From: Obrimoposthia wandeli
Lineage: Eukaryota
DNA length: 64,000 nt
NCBI GenBank assembly: GCA_977020255.1
Contig: CDROCS010000506.1
Coordinates: 1,984,001 to 2,048,000, forward strand
Direction of reading: 5' to 3'
Of the stretch, positions 18,874-30,350 are shown piece after piece (within the stretch, counting starts at the first letter, position 1; each line of letters starts with the position of its first letter). A model generated the notes under the pieces. That model had not been told where the DNA came from and did no database searches. It saw nothing but the letters and a program-made list of their open reading frames with translations. The position numbers and the translations under genes were made by a program.

Positions 18874-19947
18874 TTATTCTGCTATCACCGTTTTTACTGG
18901 TTTTTCTGGTGTTACAGCGCCATCTTCAATATTGTCGATTATCTTACTTGGCTCAACTTTAGTTGAATCGGATTTTTTCGCTTCAACTAAAGTTGTACTC
19001 GTACGGTCTACAGCAATAGTAACTGTATCCGTATTTTCCACTGCCAGTGTTACTGCATTCGTATTTTCAGCGTCAACAGCAGTTTCAACAATAGCTACAT
19101 CGTCAGTCAGGGTAATTACCTCGGGTAATTCAAGCGCGTCTTCGGTGACGATTTCAGTGATCACAGGTTCAGGCGCCGCACACAACGCATAATCGGTACT
19201 GGTATTGTTACGCCAGAATTTACGGTTATGACGGATCATTGCGCGGATCTCATCTATATAGGCTGACTTTCTTTCTGAATAGTTAATTAATCCTGCCGCC
19301 AGCGCACAAGCATTGATATTCTCATCATTCATGCGTAGCTCGCTACGAATATCACGTAACGGTAAGTAACTTTGATTGCGGTTAATATTGCGGAAATACG
19401 AACGCACAGACGCGTCTATCGAATCAAAGCTGGCAACTTCATGCGCAGCGCCTTGATCACGTTGGTTCGGCACGATGCCGCAACCTTGACTAAAACACCA
19501 TTGGCCAAAGAAGTTATGGCCTTGTTTAGCAAAGCGCGATGTACCCCAACCCGTCTCGTTAGCAGATTGACTAAACACCAACTCTTCTGGAATCACATCA
19601 ACTTGAATTAATAATTTAGCAATCACTTGCTGATCAGTATCAGCCGTGACTTTATACATATCAGCCATTGCTTGCAGTTGGGCTTGCTCATCAGTGGTTA
19701 ACGTAGCTTTAGTTTGCCAAGTGGTGAGTAATGCACGTTCTGCTAAGACTTCGGCAGTGACGACATCAAACGCAGGTTGTAGATAGTTAAAGAAGGCTGT
19801 TTTTTTGGCATTCACATCGCTGATAGCAGCAAAGTCAGGTACATCTGATTTTTCAACATCAACTGTATCATCAGATTGAAGGAGGGTATAAAGGCCAAAT
19901 AGACCGAGTCCGGCGATAAGGATTAACGCCGTTATTTTCTTTTGCAT
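18874..19947 (-). CDS. Bax-like glucosaminidase-domain protein with a long acidic low-complexity C-terminal tail
   Basis: N-terminal TM/signal; SQSANETGWGTSRFA..GHNFFGQWCFS.GCG and YSER motifs; ~100-aa E/D/T/V/A-rich tail. Confidence 0.8.
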   Translation of the reverse strand: MQKKITALILIAGLGLFGLYTLLQSDDTVDVEKSDVPDFAAISDVNAKKTAFFNYLQPAFDVVTAEVLAERALLTTWQTKATLTTDEQAQLQAMADMYKVTADTDQQVIAKLLIQVDVIPEELVFSQSANETGWGTSRFAKQGHNFFGQWCFSQGCGIVPNQRDQGAAHEVASFDSIDASVRSYFRNINRNQSYLPLRDIRSELRMNDENINACALAAGLINYSERKSAYIDEIRAMIRHNRKFWRNNTSTDYALCAAPEPVITEIVTEDALELPEVITLTDDVAIVETAVDAENTNAVTLAVENTDTVTIAVDRTSTTLVEAKKSDSTKVEPSKIIDNIEDGAVTPEKPVKTVIAE

Positions 19948-19949
19948 AC

Positions 19950-19979
19950 AAAAAAGCACCATTAATAAATAATGGTGCT
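19950..19979 (-). terminator. Intrinsic terminator of ald
   Basis: AGCACCATT/AATGGTGCT stem followed by U6 on the minus strand. Confidence 0.75.
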
Positions 19980-20008
19980 AATTTAACACGTTCTTGCAAT
20001 AAGCTAGA

Positions 20009-21124
20009 TTATAAAATCATGCTCTTTGGTGCAACGAACGGTAAGTTATGTGCTTCAGCAACGTCTTGAACAGTAACGTGACCAGCAATAACGTTTAGAC
20101 CGTTAAGCAGGTGTGCATCTTGTGTTAACGCTTCTTTCCAACCTAGGTTAGCAAGTTTGATGATGTACGGTAGTGTTGCATTGTTTAATGCGAATGTAGA
20201 TGTTTTCGCAACAGCACCAGGCATGTTAGCAACACAGTAGTGAACAACGTCATCAATGATGTAAGTTGGGTCTTGGTGTGTTGTAGCGTGTGAAGTTTCG
20301 AAACAACCACCTTGGTCAATCGCAACGTCAACAACAGCAGCACCAGGCTTCATGCGTGAGATAAGCTCTTTTGTAACTAGTTTAGGCGCAGCAGCACCCG
20401 GTACGAGTACAGCACCAATTACTAGGTCAGCTTCTAATACATATTTTTCAATTGCATCATGCGTAGAGTAAACTACTTTTAGACGACCATCGAACTGGTT
20501 GTCTAGGTTAGCTAGTACAGTCAGGTTACGGTCTAACATAGTTACGCTAGCGCCCATACCAACAGCCATTTTCGCTGCGTTCATACCAACAACACCGCCG
20601 CCGATAACAACAACGTTTGCAGGAGCAACACCCGGTACGCCGCCCATTAGAAGACCACAACCACCTTGTGATTTTTCTAATGCTTGTGCGCCAGCTTGAA
20701 TTGACATACGACCAGCAACAGCAGACATAGGTGCAAGAAGTGGAAGACCACCGTTTACATCTGTTACTGTTTCATAAGCGATACATACTGCATTACTCTT
20801 GATTAGGTCTTCAGTTTGTGGAAGATCTGGTGCAAGGTGAAGGTAAGTGAATAGCACTTGGTCTTCACGTAACATTGCACGTTCAACAGCTTGTGGTTCT
20901 TTAACTTTAACAATCATGTCTGCAATTGCGAATACTTCAGCAGCAGTTGTTAAAATCTTTGCGCCAACAGCTTCATAATCACTGTCGCTAAAACCAATAC
21001 CAGCACCAGCAAATGTTTCAACATTAACTGTATGGCCATGTGCAATAAGCTCACGTGCACTTGCAGGAGTCATACCTACGCGATACTCATGGTTTTTAAT
21101 TTCTTTTGGTACGCCGATAATCAT
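20009..21124 (-). CDS. ald: Alanine dehydrogenase
   Basis: [46 protein letters not shown]. Confidence 0.98.
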   Translation of the reverse strand: MIIGVPKEIKNHEYRVGMTPASARELIAHGHTVNVETFAGAGIGFSDSDYEAVGAKILTTAAEVFAIADMIVKVKEPQAVERAMLREDQVLFTYLHLAPDLPQTEDLIKSNAVCIAYETVTDVNGGLPLLAPMSAVAGRMSIQAGAQALEKSQGGCGLLMGGVPGVAPANVVVIGGGVVGMNAAKMAVGMGASVTMLDRNLTVLANLDNQFDGRLKVVYSTHDAIEKYVLEADLVIGAVLVPGAAAPKLVTKELISRMKPGAAVVDVAIDQGGCFETSHATTHQDPTYIIDDVVHYCVANMPGAVAKTSTFALNNATLPYIIKLANLGWKEALTQDAHLLNGLNVIAGHVTVQDVAEAHNLPFVAPKSMIL

Positions 21125-21314
21125 ATGCTGTTTACTCCGATATATGGTTTATTAAACTGGTTGAGAAAAGCTTCTCGATATATAGGTGCAGTATAGACGC
21201 AGAACTGCAGAATTAATCACTAAAGATCATTCTAATTTCAAGAAAATTTTATATAAGATTTGTTAAATTGATGTTGAACAGAAGATAATTTTTTCTGTGA
21301 GCGAGATCTCGCCC

Positions 21315-21362
21315 AAAAAAAAGGGTGTTACTGTAATCATAGTCGATTACAGCAACACCCTT
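21315..21362 (-). terminator. Terminator of the ilvGMED operon
   Basis: 18-bp stem AAGGGTGTTACTGTAATC/GATTACAGCAACACCCTT with U8 on the minus strand. Confidence 0.85.
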
Positions 21363-21417
21363 GATATAGATCATAGCGAATAGCTAGATAATACTAACGA
21401 GGTAGTTTATATAAGGC

Positions 21418-23265
21418 TTAGATCAGGTTTCTATCGCGTACAGCACCTTTATCAGCACTTGTCGCAAAGTGACCGTAAATACGCAACGCTTGAGTTACTT
21501 TACGCTCACGAATTTCCACTGGTTTCCAAGCTTGCTCGCCACGACTTTCCATTTCCACACGACGCGCTGCTAAAATATCATCAGCAACAACCAAGTTCAT
21601 TGAACGTTCTGGAATGTTGATATCAATAATATCGCCATCTTCAACCAGACCGATCAAACCACCGCTTGCCGCTTCTGGTGAAGCATGACCAATAGAAAGA
21701 CCTGAAGTACCACCCGAGAAACGGCCATCAGTAATTAATGCACACGCTTTACCAAGTCCCATTGATTTCAGGTAACTGGTTGGATAGAGCATTTCTTGCA
21801 TGCCCGGACCACCTTTAGGACCTTCATAACGGATCACAACAACATCACCGGCTTTAATTTCGCTGGCTAGAATTGCGCTTACCGCAGAATCTTGGCTTTC
21901 AAATACACGCGCAGTACCGCGGAATAATAGATTGTCATCGGCAACACCAGCTGTTTTAACAACTGCGCCATCAACTGCAATGTTACCAGTTAATACGGCA
22001 AGACCACCTTCTTGGCTGTACGCATTTTCGATTGAACGAATACAACCGTTAGCGCGATCATCATCAAGTGAATCCCAACGACAATCTTGGCTAAATGCTT
22101 TAGTAGTACGAATACCAGCCGGGCCTGCTGAGTACATTTTCTTCACCGCTTCAGATTCAGTCGTCACGATATCAAACTTAGCTAATTGCTCAGCCATTGT
22201 CATGCCCATTACGGTCATGTTGTCTGTATGCAATAAACCAGCACGATTCAGTTCGCCCAAAATACCCATCACACCACCGGCGCGATGCACATCTTCCATA
22301 TGATAAAGTGGCGTTGACGGTGCTACTTTACATAACTGCGGTACTTTACGTGATAGCGCATCCATATCCGCTAAGCTGTAATCAACTTCGCCTTCAATCG
22401 CTGCAGCAATTAAATGTAATACAGTATTGGTTGAACCACCCATCGCAATATCAAGCGTCATCGCATTTTCAAACGCTTCACGGTTAGCAATGTTACGCGG
22501 TAATACTGATTCATCATCGTTCTGATAATAACGCTTACACAGATCAACAATACGACGACCAGCATTTAAGAATAATTCTTCACGGTCAGCATGTGTTGCG
22601 ACTAATGAACCATTACCCGGCTGTGATAGACCTAATGCTTCTGTTAAACAGTTCATTGAGTTTGCTGTGAACATGCCAGAACATGAACCACAAGTAGGAC
22701 ACGCGCTACGCTCTACTTTATCAAGATCTTCATCAGACACATTTTTATCTGCGCCCATCACCATTGCATCAACAAGATCAAGTTTAATCAGTTGGTCTGA
22801 AAGCTTGGTTTTACCCGCTTCCATTGGACCACCGGAAATAAAGATAACCGGAATATTAAGACGAAGTGCCGCCATCAACATACCAGGGGTGATCTTGTCA
22901 CAGTTAGAAATACATACTAATGCATCCGCGCAATGCGCATTCACCATGTATTCAACTGAATCAGCAATTAAATCACGAGAAGGTAAGCTATATAGCATGC
23001 CGTCGTGACCCATCGCGATACCGTCATCGATAGCAATAGTATTGAATTCTTTAGCGATACCGCCCGCTTTCAAAATTTCATCGGCAACTAATTGGCCCAT
23101 GTCTTTTAAATGTACGTGACCCGGTACAAACTGAGTAAATGAATTGGCAATCGCGATAATTGGCTTACCGAAGTCTTCTTCGCGAGTACCAGTTGCACGC
23201 CACAAGGCACGTGCACCAGCCATGTTACGGCCTTGGGTAGATGTTGCAGAACGTAATTTAGGCAT
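21418..23265 (-). CDS. ilvD: Dihydroxy-acid dehydratase
   Basis: [58 protein letters not shown]. Confidence 0.98.
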   Translation of the reverse strand: MPKLRSATSTQGRNMAGARALWRATGTREEDFGKPIIAIANSFTQFVPGHVHLKDMGQLVADEILKAGGIAKEFNTIAIDDGIAMGHDGMLYSLPSRDLIADSVEYMVNAHCADALVCISNCDKITPGMLMAALRLNIPVIFISGGPMEAGKTKLSDQLIKLDLVDAMVMGADKNVSDEDLDKVERSACPTCGSCSGMFTANSMNCLTEALGLSQPGNGSLVATHADREELFLNAGRRIVDLCKRYYQNDDESVLPRNIANREAFENAMTLDIAMGGSTNTVLHLIAAAIEGEVDYSLADMDALSRKVPQLCKVAPSTPLYHMEDVHRAGGVMGILGELNRAGLLHTDNMTVMGMTMAEQLAKFDIVTTESEAVKKMYSAGPAGIRTTKAFSQDCRWDSLDDDRANGCIRSIENAYSQEGGLAVLTGNIAVDGAVVKTAGVADDNLLFRGTARVFESQDSAVSAILASEIKAGDVVVIRYEGPKGGPGMQEMLYPTSYLKSMGLGKACALITDGRFSGGTSGLSIGHASPEAASGGLIGLVEDGDIIDINIPERSMNLVVADDILAARRVEMESRGEQAWKPVEIRERKVTQALRIYGHFATSADKGAVRDRNLI

Positions 23266-23386
23266 TGTTCTCTCCATGAAACAAAAATAAAATAGTAACG
23301 ACGAGGCCTATCTGAGCCTCACTTTAATAATCAAATATAAGCAATAAGGTAGTCGACTCTCGGTCGGTGTAGTTAAAACAAGGGCG

Positions 23387-24316
23387 TTAGCTTGGATCAG
23401 CAACGTAATCTAACCAACCCCACTTGTCTTCACTCTGACCTTTAATCAAAGCGAAATAAGCTGTTTGTAATCTTTCTGTAATTGGACCACGTTTACCGTC
23501 GCCAATATCAATGCGATCAACAGAACGTACCGGTACAACTTCAGCAGCGGTACCACACATGAACATTTCATCTGCTAAGTACATTGCTTCACGTGCAATC
23601 GGCTCTTCACGAACTTCATAACCAAAGTCACGTGCTAGCACCATTAAGGTATTACGGGTTAAACCCGGTAAGATACACGCTGTTGTTGGTGGTGTATGAA
23701 TCACGCCATTTTTAACAAAGAATAAGTTCTCGCCTGCGCCTTCAGAAATAGTGCCGTTCACGTCTAGTGCAATACCTTCTGCATAGCCGTGACGTTTCGC
23801 TTCAGATGAAATCAGTTGCGATGATAAATAGTTACCACCGGCTTTAGCACCTGTCGGGATAGTATTTGGTGCCAAACGATTCCAAGAAGTAACGCAAACA
23901 TCAACGCCCTCTTCTAAGCTTTCATCACCAAGGTAAGCGCCCCAGTTCATTGCCGCAACAAGTGCATCACACACGGTTGATTTTGGTGTTAGACCCAAAC
24001 CAACATTACCAATATAAGCCAACGGACGTAAATAAGCATTCGTTAAGCCATTAGCTAATACAGCATCTTTACACGCTTGTTCTATTTCTTGCTTAGTATA
24101 AGGAATAGTCCAACCATAGATTTTTGCTGAATCGAACAAGCGTTGAATGTGTTCTTGTAGGCGGAAAATAGCCGGTCCCTTTGGAGTATCGTAAGCACGA
24201 ATACCTTCAAATACCGATGAACCATAATGCAGAGCATGGGTAAATATGCTCACTTTTGCTTGTGATTCGGGTACCATTTTGCCATTAAACCAAACTTGTT
24301 GTTCAGTATTATCCAT
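23387..24316 (-). CDS. ilvE: Branched-chain amino acid aminotransferase
   Basis: HALHYGSSVFEGIRAY, AKAGGNY PLP lysine, EGAGEN, GTAAE. Confidence 0.97.
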   Translation of the reverse strand: MDNTEQQVWFNGKMVPESQAKVSIFTHALHYGSSVFEGIRAYDTPKGPAIFRLQEHIQRLFDSAKIYGWTIPYTKQEIEQACKDAVLANGLTNAYLRPLAYIGNVGLGLTPKSTVCDALVAAMNWGAYLGDESLEEGVDVCVTSWNRLAPNTIPTGAKAGGNYLSSQLISSEAKRHGYAEGIALDVNGTISEGAGENLFFVKNGVIHTPPTTACILPGLTRNTLMVLARDFGYEVREEPIAREAMYLADEMFMCGTAAEVVPVRSVDRIDIGDGKRGPITERLQTAYFALIKGQSEDKWGWLDYVADPS

Positions 24317-24330
24317 AACTGCTTCTTCCT

Positions 24331-24585
24331 TTATGCTGTAATTTGCTGATAACTTAATTTGCTCACATCAAACAATTTATCTAACTGTTTATAGAGTAGA
24401 TCAATGCCGCGCTCACCAGATACTGTAACCGTAATCTTTATGTTATTGCAATCATTCATTTGTTCGGCATTCATGCAACTAACACGGAAACCACGATGAC
24501 GAATAACACGTAATACACGCTCTAAAATTTCCAATGTATTGGTCGCTTCAATCACCACTTCATGTACTTGTTTAACACTCATCAT
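24331..24585 (-). CDS. ilvM: Acetolactate synthase II small subunit
   Basis: [21 protein letters not shown]; overlaps the ilvG stop. Confidence 0.93.
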   Translation of the reverse strand: MMSVKQVHEVVIEATNTLEILERVLRVIRHRGFRVSCMNAEQMNDCNNIKITVTVSGERGIDLLYKQLDKLFDVSKLSYQQITA

Positions 24586-26230
24586 ATTGCTCCAACATCT
24601 CGCCGTTATTCACACCTGGTGGTACTAATGGCCACACATTTTCTTGCTCTGAAATTTGCACATGCAAGAAATACGCGCCTTTACTCGCCAACATACGATC
24701 CATGGCAGGTTGCACTTGTTCTTTAACAACAACCGTTTCACCAGGAATACCACATGCTGCCGCTAATGCCACAAAGTCCGGGTTATCGTCCAGAATTGTC
24801 TGCGATAAACGGCCATCAAAAAACAGTGTTTGCCATTGACGAACCATACCAAGACGTTGATTATCGATGAGCACAATCTTTACCGGTAATTTAGCGCGGT
24901 TAATCGTCGCGAGTTCTTGGATGTTCATCATGATCGAGCCATCACCCGTTACCACAACAGGCATCGCATCGGGACGTGCTAATGCAGCACCAACTGCAGC
25001 CGGTAAACCAAAGCCCATCGTACCGAAGCCAGCACTGGATAATAAGTTTTCAGGCTGAGTAAAAGTCATGTGCTGCGCGGTCCACATTTGGTGTTGACCA
25101 ACATCACAAGCAACCAGATGATCTTCCGGTAAACTCGCTGATAATTGCTTAAGTAATAAAGGAGCGTAAATCGCAATGCCAGGATGGTCATAACGGAAAG
25201 CAGTTTCCACTTTCATTTCTAAGGTATGTAATCGCCATGGGGCAATATCCAACGTCATTTTTAACGCTGGCAAAATAAGTTTTAGATCAGTAGTAATAGC
25301 AACGTTAGCAACACGTAATTTATTATGCTCACAAGCATCGATATCCAAATGGATAACTTTCGCATGCGGTGCAAATTCATCAAGTTTACCGGTGACGCGA
25401 TCATCAAAACGCGCACCGACGGCAATCAACAGATCGCTTTCTTGTACTGCTAAGTTAGCCGCTTTTAGGCCATGCATACCCAACATGCCCAAATAATAAG
25501 GGTGTTCAGGATCAGCACTACCAATACCTTTTAAGGTACTGACCATAGGAATGTCCAACGCTGCGGCTAATTCGCGTAGCTCAGGTACCGCATTCGCCAT
25601 GCCGACACCGCCGCCAACATACAAGACAGGTTTTTTAGCTGCATGTAATAATGCACGCGCCGCAGCAACTTGTTCATCAACCAAACCATCGAGTGGTGGT
25701 AATTCAGCTAATTCTGATACCGTTTCATTCGCCATGACAGCCAGTTGAATATCTTTAGGAATATCAATAAGTACAGGGCCAGGACGGCCACTTGTGGCAA
25801 TGGTAAATGCTTCAGCAATAATGCGGTCTAAGTCATTTTGATCTTCAACCAAAAAACTATGCTTAGTACACGATAACGTCATGCCAAGAATATCCACTTC
25901 TTGGAACGTATCGACACCGATTAACGCACTCGGCACTTGGCCTGTGAAAGCAACAACAGGAATTGAATCCGCCATTGCTTCCGCTAAACCTGTGACTAAG
26001 TTGGTTGCACCTGGACCTGAAGTGGCAATACATACACCCACTCGAGCACCTGCACGTGCATAACCCAGTGCCGCCATGATCGCGCCTTGCTCATGTCGCG
26101 CTAATAAATGCGCCACACCACCGTCATATAACGCATCATACAATGGCATGATCGCGCCGCCAGGATAACCAAATACTTGGGTTACCCCCTGTTTACGCAA
26201 AGCATTTACAATAAACTCTGTTGCTTTCAT
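24572..26230 (-). CDS. ilvG: Acetolactate synthase II large subunit (intact)
   Basis: [39 protein letters not shown] ThDP motif. Confidence 0.96.
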   Translation of the reverse strand: MKATEFIVNALRKQGVTQVFGYPGGAIMPLYDALYDGGVAHLLARHEQGAIMAALGYARAGARVGVCIATSGPGATNLVTGLAEAMADSIPVVAFTGQVPSALIGVDTFQEVDILGMTLSCTKHSFLVEDQNDLDRIIAEAFTIATSGRPGPVLIDIPKDIQLAVMANETVSELAELPPLDGLVDEQVAAARALLHAAKKPVLYVGGGVGMANAVPELRELAAALDIPMVSTLKGIGSADPEHPYYLGMLGMHGLKAANLAVQESDLLIAVGARFDDRVTGKLDEFAPHAKVIHLDIDACEHNKLRVANVAITTDLKLILPALKMTLDIAPWRLHTLEMKVETAFRYDHPGIAIYAPLLLKQLSASLPEDHLVACDVGQHQMWTAQHMTFTQPENLLSSAGFGTMGFGLPAAVGAALARPDAMPVVVTGDGSIMMNIQELATINRAKLPVKIVLIDNQRLGMVRQWQTLFFDGRLSQTILDDNPDFVALAAACGIPGETVVVKEQVQPAMDRMLASKGAYFLHVQISEQENVWPLVPPGVNNGEMLEQYDEC

Positions 26231-26277
26231 TAATCCACATCCCTTTAAACATCATTCTTGTAAACAATTAAACGTTA

Positions 26278-26315
26278 GACAAAAAAAAACCCCGGTTATT
26301 TACCGAGGTTTTCTT
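26278..26315 (-). terminator. ilvGMED attenuator terminator
   Basis: Minus strand AAAACCTCGGT-AAATA-ACCGGGGTTTTTTTTT, just downstream of the leader stop. Confidence 0.85.
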
Positions 26316-26330
26316 ATTGCTGGATTAAGC

Positions 26331-26426
26331 TTAGTTTCGCTTAGCAGTAAGTCCCCGGTGAGGTAATTTAATAATTACCACCAGAATGCTGACTACAATA
26401 ATAAGACGCGAAGTAAACCCAAACAT
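26331..26426 (-). CDS. ilvL: ilv operon leader peptide, 31 aa (MFGFTSRLIIVVSILVVIIKLPHRGLTAKRN)
   Basis: Run of Ile/Val/Leu codons followed by a terminator upstream of ilvG. Missing from the ORF track. Confidence 0.9.
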   Translation of the reverse strand: MFGFTSRLIIVVSILVVIIKLPHRGLTAKRN

Positions 26427-26729
26427 ATAACTAATCCAACAACTCTAAATAATTTTGATAATTCATTATTAGCATGGCGAATTTATTTAAGCAAGCCTTT
26501 AACCACGCACAAAATAACTCAAACAACCAAATAAAAGCACCAAGATAATACAAGATATTGAATAACATGAAACATCCAGTTTAAAACTTCACATATGACA
26601 TTCATCACAAAATAGACTGTGGCAAATTGCCCCTGCTTAAGGTTTTAAAATAATCCACCTAATTCAGCCGTGTTTCTCGTTAATTGCACTAGGGTAGAAA
26701 TACACCCATAAAGTGCCCAAGGAAAATGA

Positions 26730-28247
26730 ATGAATTTAGCTGTGATATATAGTCGTGCGATTTTAGGCATCAATGCGCCGTTAATTACCATTGAAGTACA
26801 CATCAGTGAAGGCCTTCCCGGGTTTACCATTGTCGGGCTGCCAGAAACATCAGTCAAAGAAGCCAAAGATCGCGTACGCAGTGCATTAATGAATTCTAAT
26901 TTTGTCATGCCAGCCAAACGTATCACAGTCAACTTGGGACCTGCTGACTTGCCCAAAGAAGGCAGTCGTTATGACTTACCCATTGCGATCGCTATTTTAA
27001 TCGCCTCACAACAGATCAATACTAGTCGGCATCAACAATTAGAATTTGTAGGTGAATTATCTTTATCCGGTCAACTAAGGGCTTGTCGCGGTACAATCCC
27101 CAGTATTATCGCCGGTAAAAAGGCCGGGCGCAGCTGTATTATTCCATTCGCTAACGGTCATGAAGCGGCCCTTATCGACAATGCTAATTGTTTTACTGCT
27201 GCGGATTTACAACAAGTATGTCAGCATATAAATGATGAGGAGACTCTCCCTGTCGCGAAGCGGGTTTTGTCATTAGCTACCCCAACAGAATCACAACACG
27301 ATATGCAAGATATCATCGGTCAGCACAGTGCCAAGCGGGCGTTAGAGATCTGCGCAGCCGGCAGTCACAACTTGTTGTTGTTTGGTCCTCCTGGCACAGG
27401 AAAAACCATGCTGGCTAGTCGTTTAACCAGCATTCAACCCGATATGACAGAGCAAGAAGCCTTAGAATGTGCGGCCATTAAATCCATCAGTGGTAACGAG
27501 TTTGTCGCTCAAGACTGGTGCCGACGGCCTTTTCGAACTCCCCACCATACTTCATCAGCCGTCGCTTTAGTTGGCGGAGGGCGTAATCCGCGCCCCGGCG
27601 AAATAACCCTCGCACATAATGGCGTGTTATTTCTGGACGAACTCCCCGAATACCAACGCAAAGCGCTCGACTCGTTACGTGAACCGTTAGAAGCAGGACA
27701 GATCAGTATTTCCCGCGCTAACCAACAAGTGGACTTCCCCGCTCGATTCCAATTGATTGGCGCACTTAACCCCTCGCCTTCTGGTTATTACGACAATAAT
27801 CGATTCGGCGGTAATAGTAGCCAAGTAGCCAAATACTTAAGTAAGTTATCGGGGCCATTTTTGGATCGTTTCGATCTCACCATTGAAGTGCCTGCATTAC
27901 CAAAAGGTAGCTTAACCGAACAAGGGCAACGTGGTGAAAGCAGCGATATCATTAAGCAAAGAGTCAGTGCTGCACAAGCTATTCAGCGCCAACGAGGTAA
28001 TAAATTAAATGACGCACTCACCAATAAAGAAATTGAATTGCATTGTTCGCTACAACATCAAGATGCGGTTTTTTTAGAACTCGCGATAGATAAAATGGGG
28101 CTATCAACACGGGCTTTTCACAAGATAATTAAGGTCGCCCGCACCATCGCAGATTTAAACAATTGTATAGATATCAATAAATCACATTTGCTTGAAGCAC
28201 TCTCCTACCGCGCAATGGATCGGTTATTACAGCAAATTAATGTTTAA
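26730..28247 (+). CDS. yifB: YifB/ComM-family Mg-chelatase-like AAA+ ATPase
   Basis: N-terminal Lon-like domain (VGLPETSVKEAKDRVR), GPPGTGKT Walker A, FLDE Walker B, DRFD; divergent from ilvL as in enterics. Confidence 0.93.
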   Translation: MNLAVIYSRAILGINAPLITIEVHISEGLPGFTIVGLPETSVKEAKDRVRSALMNSNFVMPAKRITVNLGPADLPKEGSRYDLPIAIAILIASQQINTSRHQQLEFVGELSLSGQLRACRGTIPSIIAGKKAGRSCIIPFANGHEAALIDNANCFTAADLQQVCQHINDEETLPVAKRVLSLATPTESQHDMQDIIGQHSAKRALEICAAGSHNLLLFGPPGTGKTMLASRLTSIQPDMTEQEALECAAIKSISGNEFVAQDWCRRPFRTPHHTSSAVALVGGGRNPRPGEITLAHNGVLFLDELPEYQRKALDSLREPLEAGQISISRANQQVDFPARFQLIGALNPSPSGYYDNNRFGGNSSQVAKYLSKLSGPFLDRFDLTIEVPALPKGSLTEQGQRGESSDIIKQRVSAAQAIQRQRGNKLNDALTNKEIELHCSLQHQDAVFLELAIDKMGLSTRAFHKIIKVARTIADLNNCIDINKSHLLEALSYRAMDRLLQQINV

Positions 28248-28322
28248 TAATTACAATTTTTGTTTGGCATAACGTGATGATAGTTTTATCATTTCACCTC
28301 TTCATCACACCAAGGCCATATA

Positions 28323-29225
28323 ATGTTATCGATATTCACCCAGAAGGTGGCAGGTGCCATTGCATTTATTAGTTATCTTTTGAATACCATATTTTGGTTA
28401 ATCCCCATTGTTATTTTCTCGCTGGTAAAGAGCATTATTCCATTACCTATTGCACAAAAAGTACTAAACCATTTACTCGATGGCTGTGCTTCAAACTGGA
28501 TCTCAGTCAACGGTATAACGCAAAGGCTCATTGGTAATCCAGACATCCAAGTCAACGGTGTCGAAGAACTATCGCTAAATAAATGGTACATGGTAATTTC
28601 CAACCACCAATCTTGGGTTGATATCTTAGTTTTACAACGGGTATTAAACGGTAAGATCCCGTTTCTAAAGTTCTTCTTAAAAAAAGAGCTTATCTTTGTG
28701 CCGTTTTTAGGTTTAGCTTGGTGGGCGCTCGACTTCCCCTTCATGAAGCGCTATAGCAAAAAGTTTTTAGCAAAGAACCCACACATGCGTGGCAAAGATA
28801 TTGAAACAACAAAGAAAGCCTGCGCTAAGTTTAAACATAAACCTGTCAGCGTGATGAATTTTGTCGAAGGCACCCGTTTTACGCAACATAAACATAGCCA
28901 ACAAGCATCCACATTTACGCATTTATTAAAACCGAAAGCAGGCGGCATGGCATTTGCGCTTGATGCGATGGATGGTCAATTAGATACATTAGTCGACGTA
29001 ACTATTTATTATCCGCAAGGCATCCCCACTTTTTGGCAGTTCATTAGCGGCCAAGTGCAACAGATCCAAGTTCAAGTCAACACGCAAGACATCAGTCCTG
29101 ATCATATTGGTGACTACAGTAGTGACAAAGCTTTCCAAGCTAATTTCCAGCAATGGGTAAATGCGTTATGGATAAACAAAGATAAAGAATTAGAAGAACT
29201 TAAGCAGGCTCAATTAAATGATTAA
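28323..29225 (+). CDS. YihG-like lysophospholipid acyltransferase, paralog 1
   Basis: NHQSWVD (HX4D), KFFLKKEL, FVEGTRF, LLKPKAGG. Confidence 0.88.
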   Translation: MLSIFTQKVAGAIAFISYLLNTIFWLIPIVIFSLVKSIIPLPIAQKVLNHLLDGCASNWISVNGITQRLIGNPDIQVNGVEELSLNKWYMVISNHQSWVDILVLQRVLNGKIPFLKFFLKKELIFVPFLGLAWWALDFPFMKRYSKKFLAKNPHMRGKDIETTKKACAKFKHKPVSVMNFVEGTRFTQHKHSQQASTFTHLLKPKAGGMAFALDAMDGQLDTLVDVTIYYPQGIPTFWQFISGQVQQIQVQVNTQDISPDHIGDYSSDKAFQANFQQWVNALWINKDKELEELKQAQLND

Positions 29226-30114
29226 TTTTCTACCGACGTTGTTATTAATGATTATCAGTAGTGCTTTAGTGATTATCAACATTATCTGCTCGTTAACATT
29301 GATCAGCATTACTGGGTTAATTAAATTTATTTTACCCTTTGCTCCGGTACAAAAGCCTATGCGCCAGCTTGCTGATTTGCTACTGAACCTTTGGGCTTGT
29401 ATTAACACCTGGATGATCTCACTCATTAATAAAGTGGAATGGGATATTAAAATTACTGGCGACTTGAATAAAAGCAGTTGGTATTTGTTGATATCCAATC
29501 ACCACAGTTGGACTGACATTGTGATCTTATTTTCTGTTTTTTCTAATAAGATCCCACTGCCCAAGTTTTTTGTTAAGCAGGAAATAATATACATTCCCTT
29601 TGTTGGCACCGCTTGTTGGGCCTTAGACATGCCATTCATGAAACGCTATAGCAAACAGCAGTTAGCTAAAAAGCCGCACTTGAAAGGTAAAGATATGGCA
29701 AGCACACGTGAAGCCTGCTCGAAAGCAAAACTAGCGCCAACAACCATAGTCAACTTTGCCGAAGGTAGCCGTTTTACAGAACACAAAAAACAACAAACCA
29801 AGTCACCTTATCAATATTTACTACCACCAAAATCAGGGGGCATTGCATTATCTCTCGCCTCAATGGGCACAACCTTTAATAAGATTTTAGATGTGACCAT
29901 CATCTACCCTGATAATCCAGACTCACCGTTTAAAGATCTATTGCAAGGTAAGCTAAAACGCATCGTGATCCGGGTGGAAACAATTGAAATCACTCCCGAG
30001 TTACAAGGTGATTATGAAAATGATGCGATTTTTAAAAATAATTTCCAACAGTGGGTAACAAGCCTGTGGCAACGTAAAGATCAACGGATCGCAACTTACT
30101 ACCAACAAAAATAG
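29218..30114 (+). CDS. YihG-like lysophospholipid acyltransferase, paralog 2
   Basis: NHHSWTD, KFFVKQE, FAEGSRF, LLPPKSGG; overlaps paralog 1 by 8 nt. Confidence 0.88.
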   Translation: MINFLPTLLLMIISSALVIINIICSLTLISITGLIKFILPFAPVQKPMRQLADLLLNLWACINTWMISLINKVEWDIKITGDLNKSSWYLLISNHHSWTDIVILFSVFSNKIPLPKFFVKQEIIYIPFVGTACWALDMPFMKRYSKQQLAKKPHLKGKDMASTREACSKAKLAPTTIVNFAEGSRFTEHKKQQTKSPYQYLLPPKSGGIALSLASMGTTFNKILDVTIIYPDNPDSPFKDLLQGKLKRIVIRVETIEITPELQGDYENDAIFKNNFQQWVTSLWQRKDQRIATYYQQK

Positions 30115-30350
30115 CAATAACGGCGACAATATTAGGATTTAAAATTTGTGCGCCAGTTCATTTTATTTTTCAAAACACCCCATAAAATAACGCTTTAGGG
30201 GTAAATAAAGTGTGAATAACTGGCATAAATAGAGTCTTGATTCTAAAACGACATTAAGATCTCACTTTTACTTTAATCTTAAACGAAACAAGGTGTAACA
30301 TGCTATAACTGTTAATGCATTGTTGCATTACTCTTTTTTCGGGACCACAT

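Noticed and set aside
21296-21311. CRP-like site upstream of ald (TGTGA-N6-TCTCG)
   Set aside because: Two mismatches in one half and no matching promoter geometry identified; possible but unsupported.
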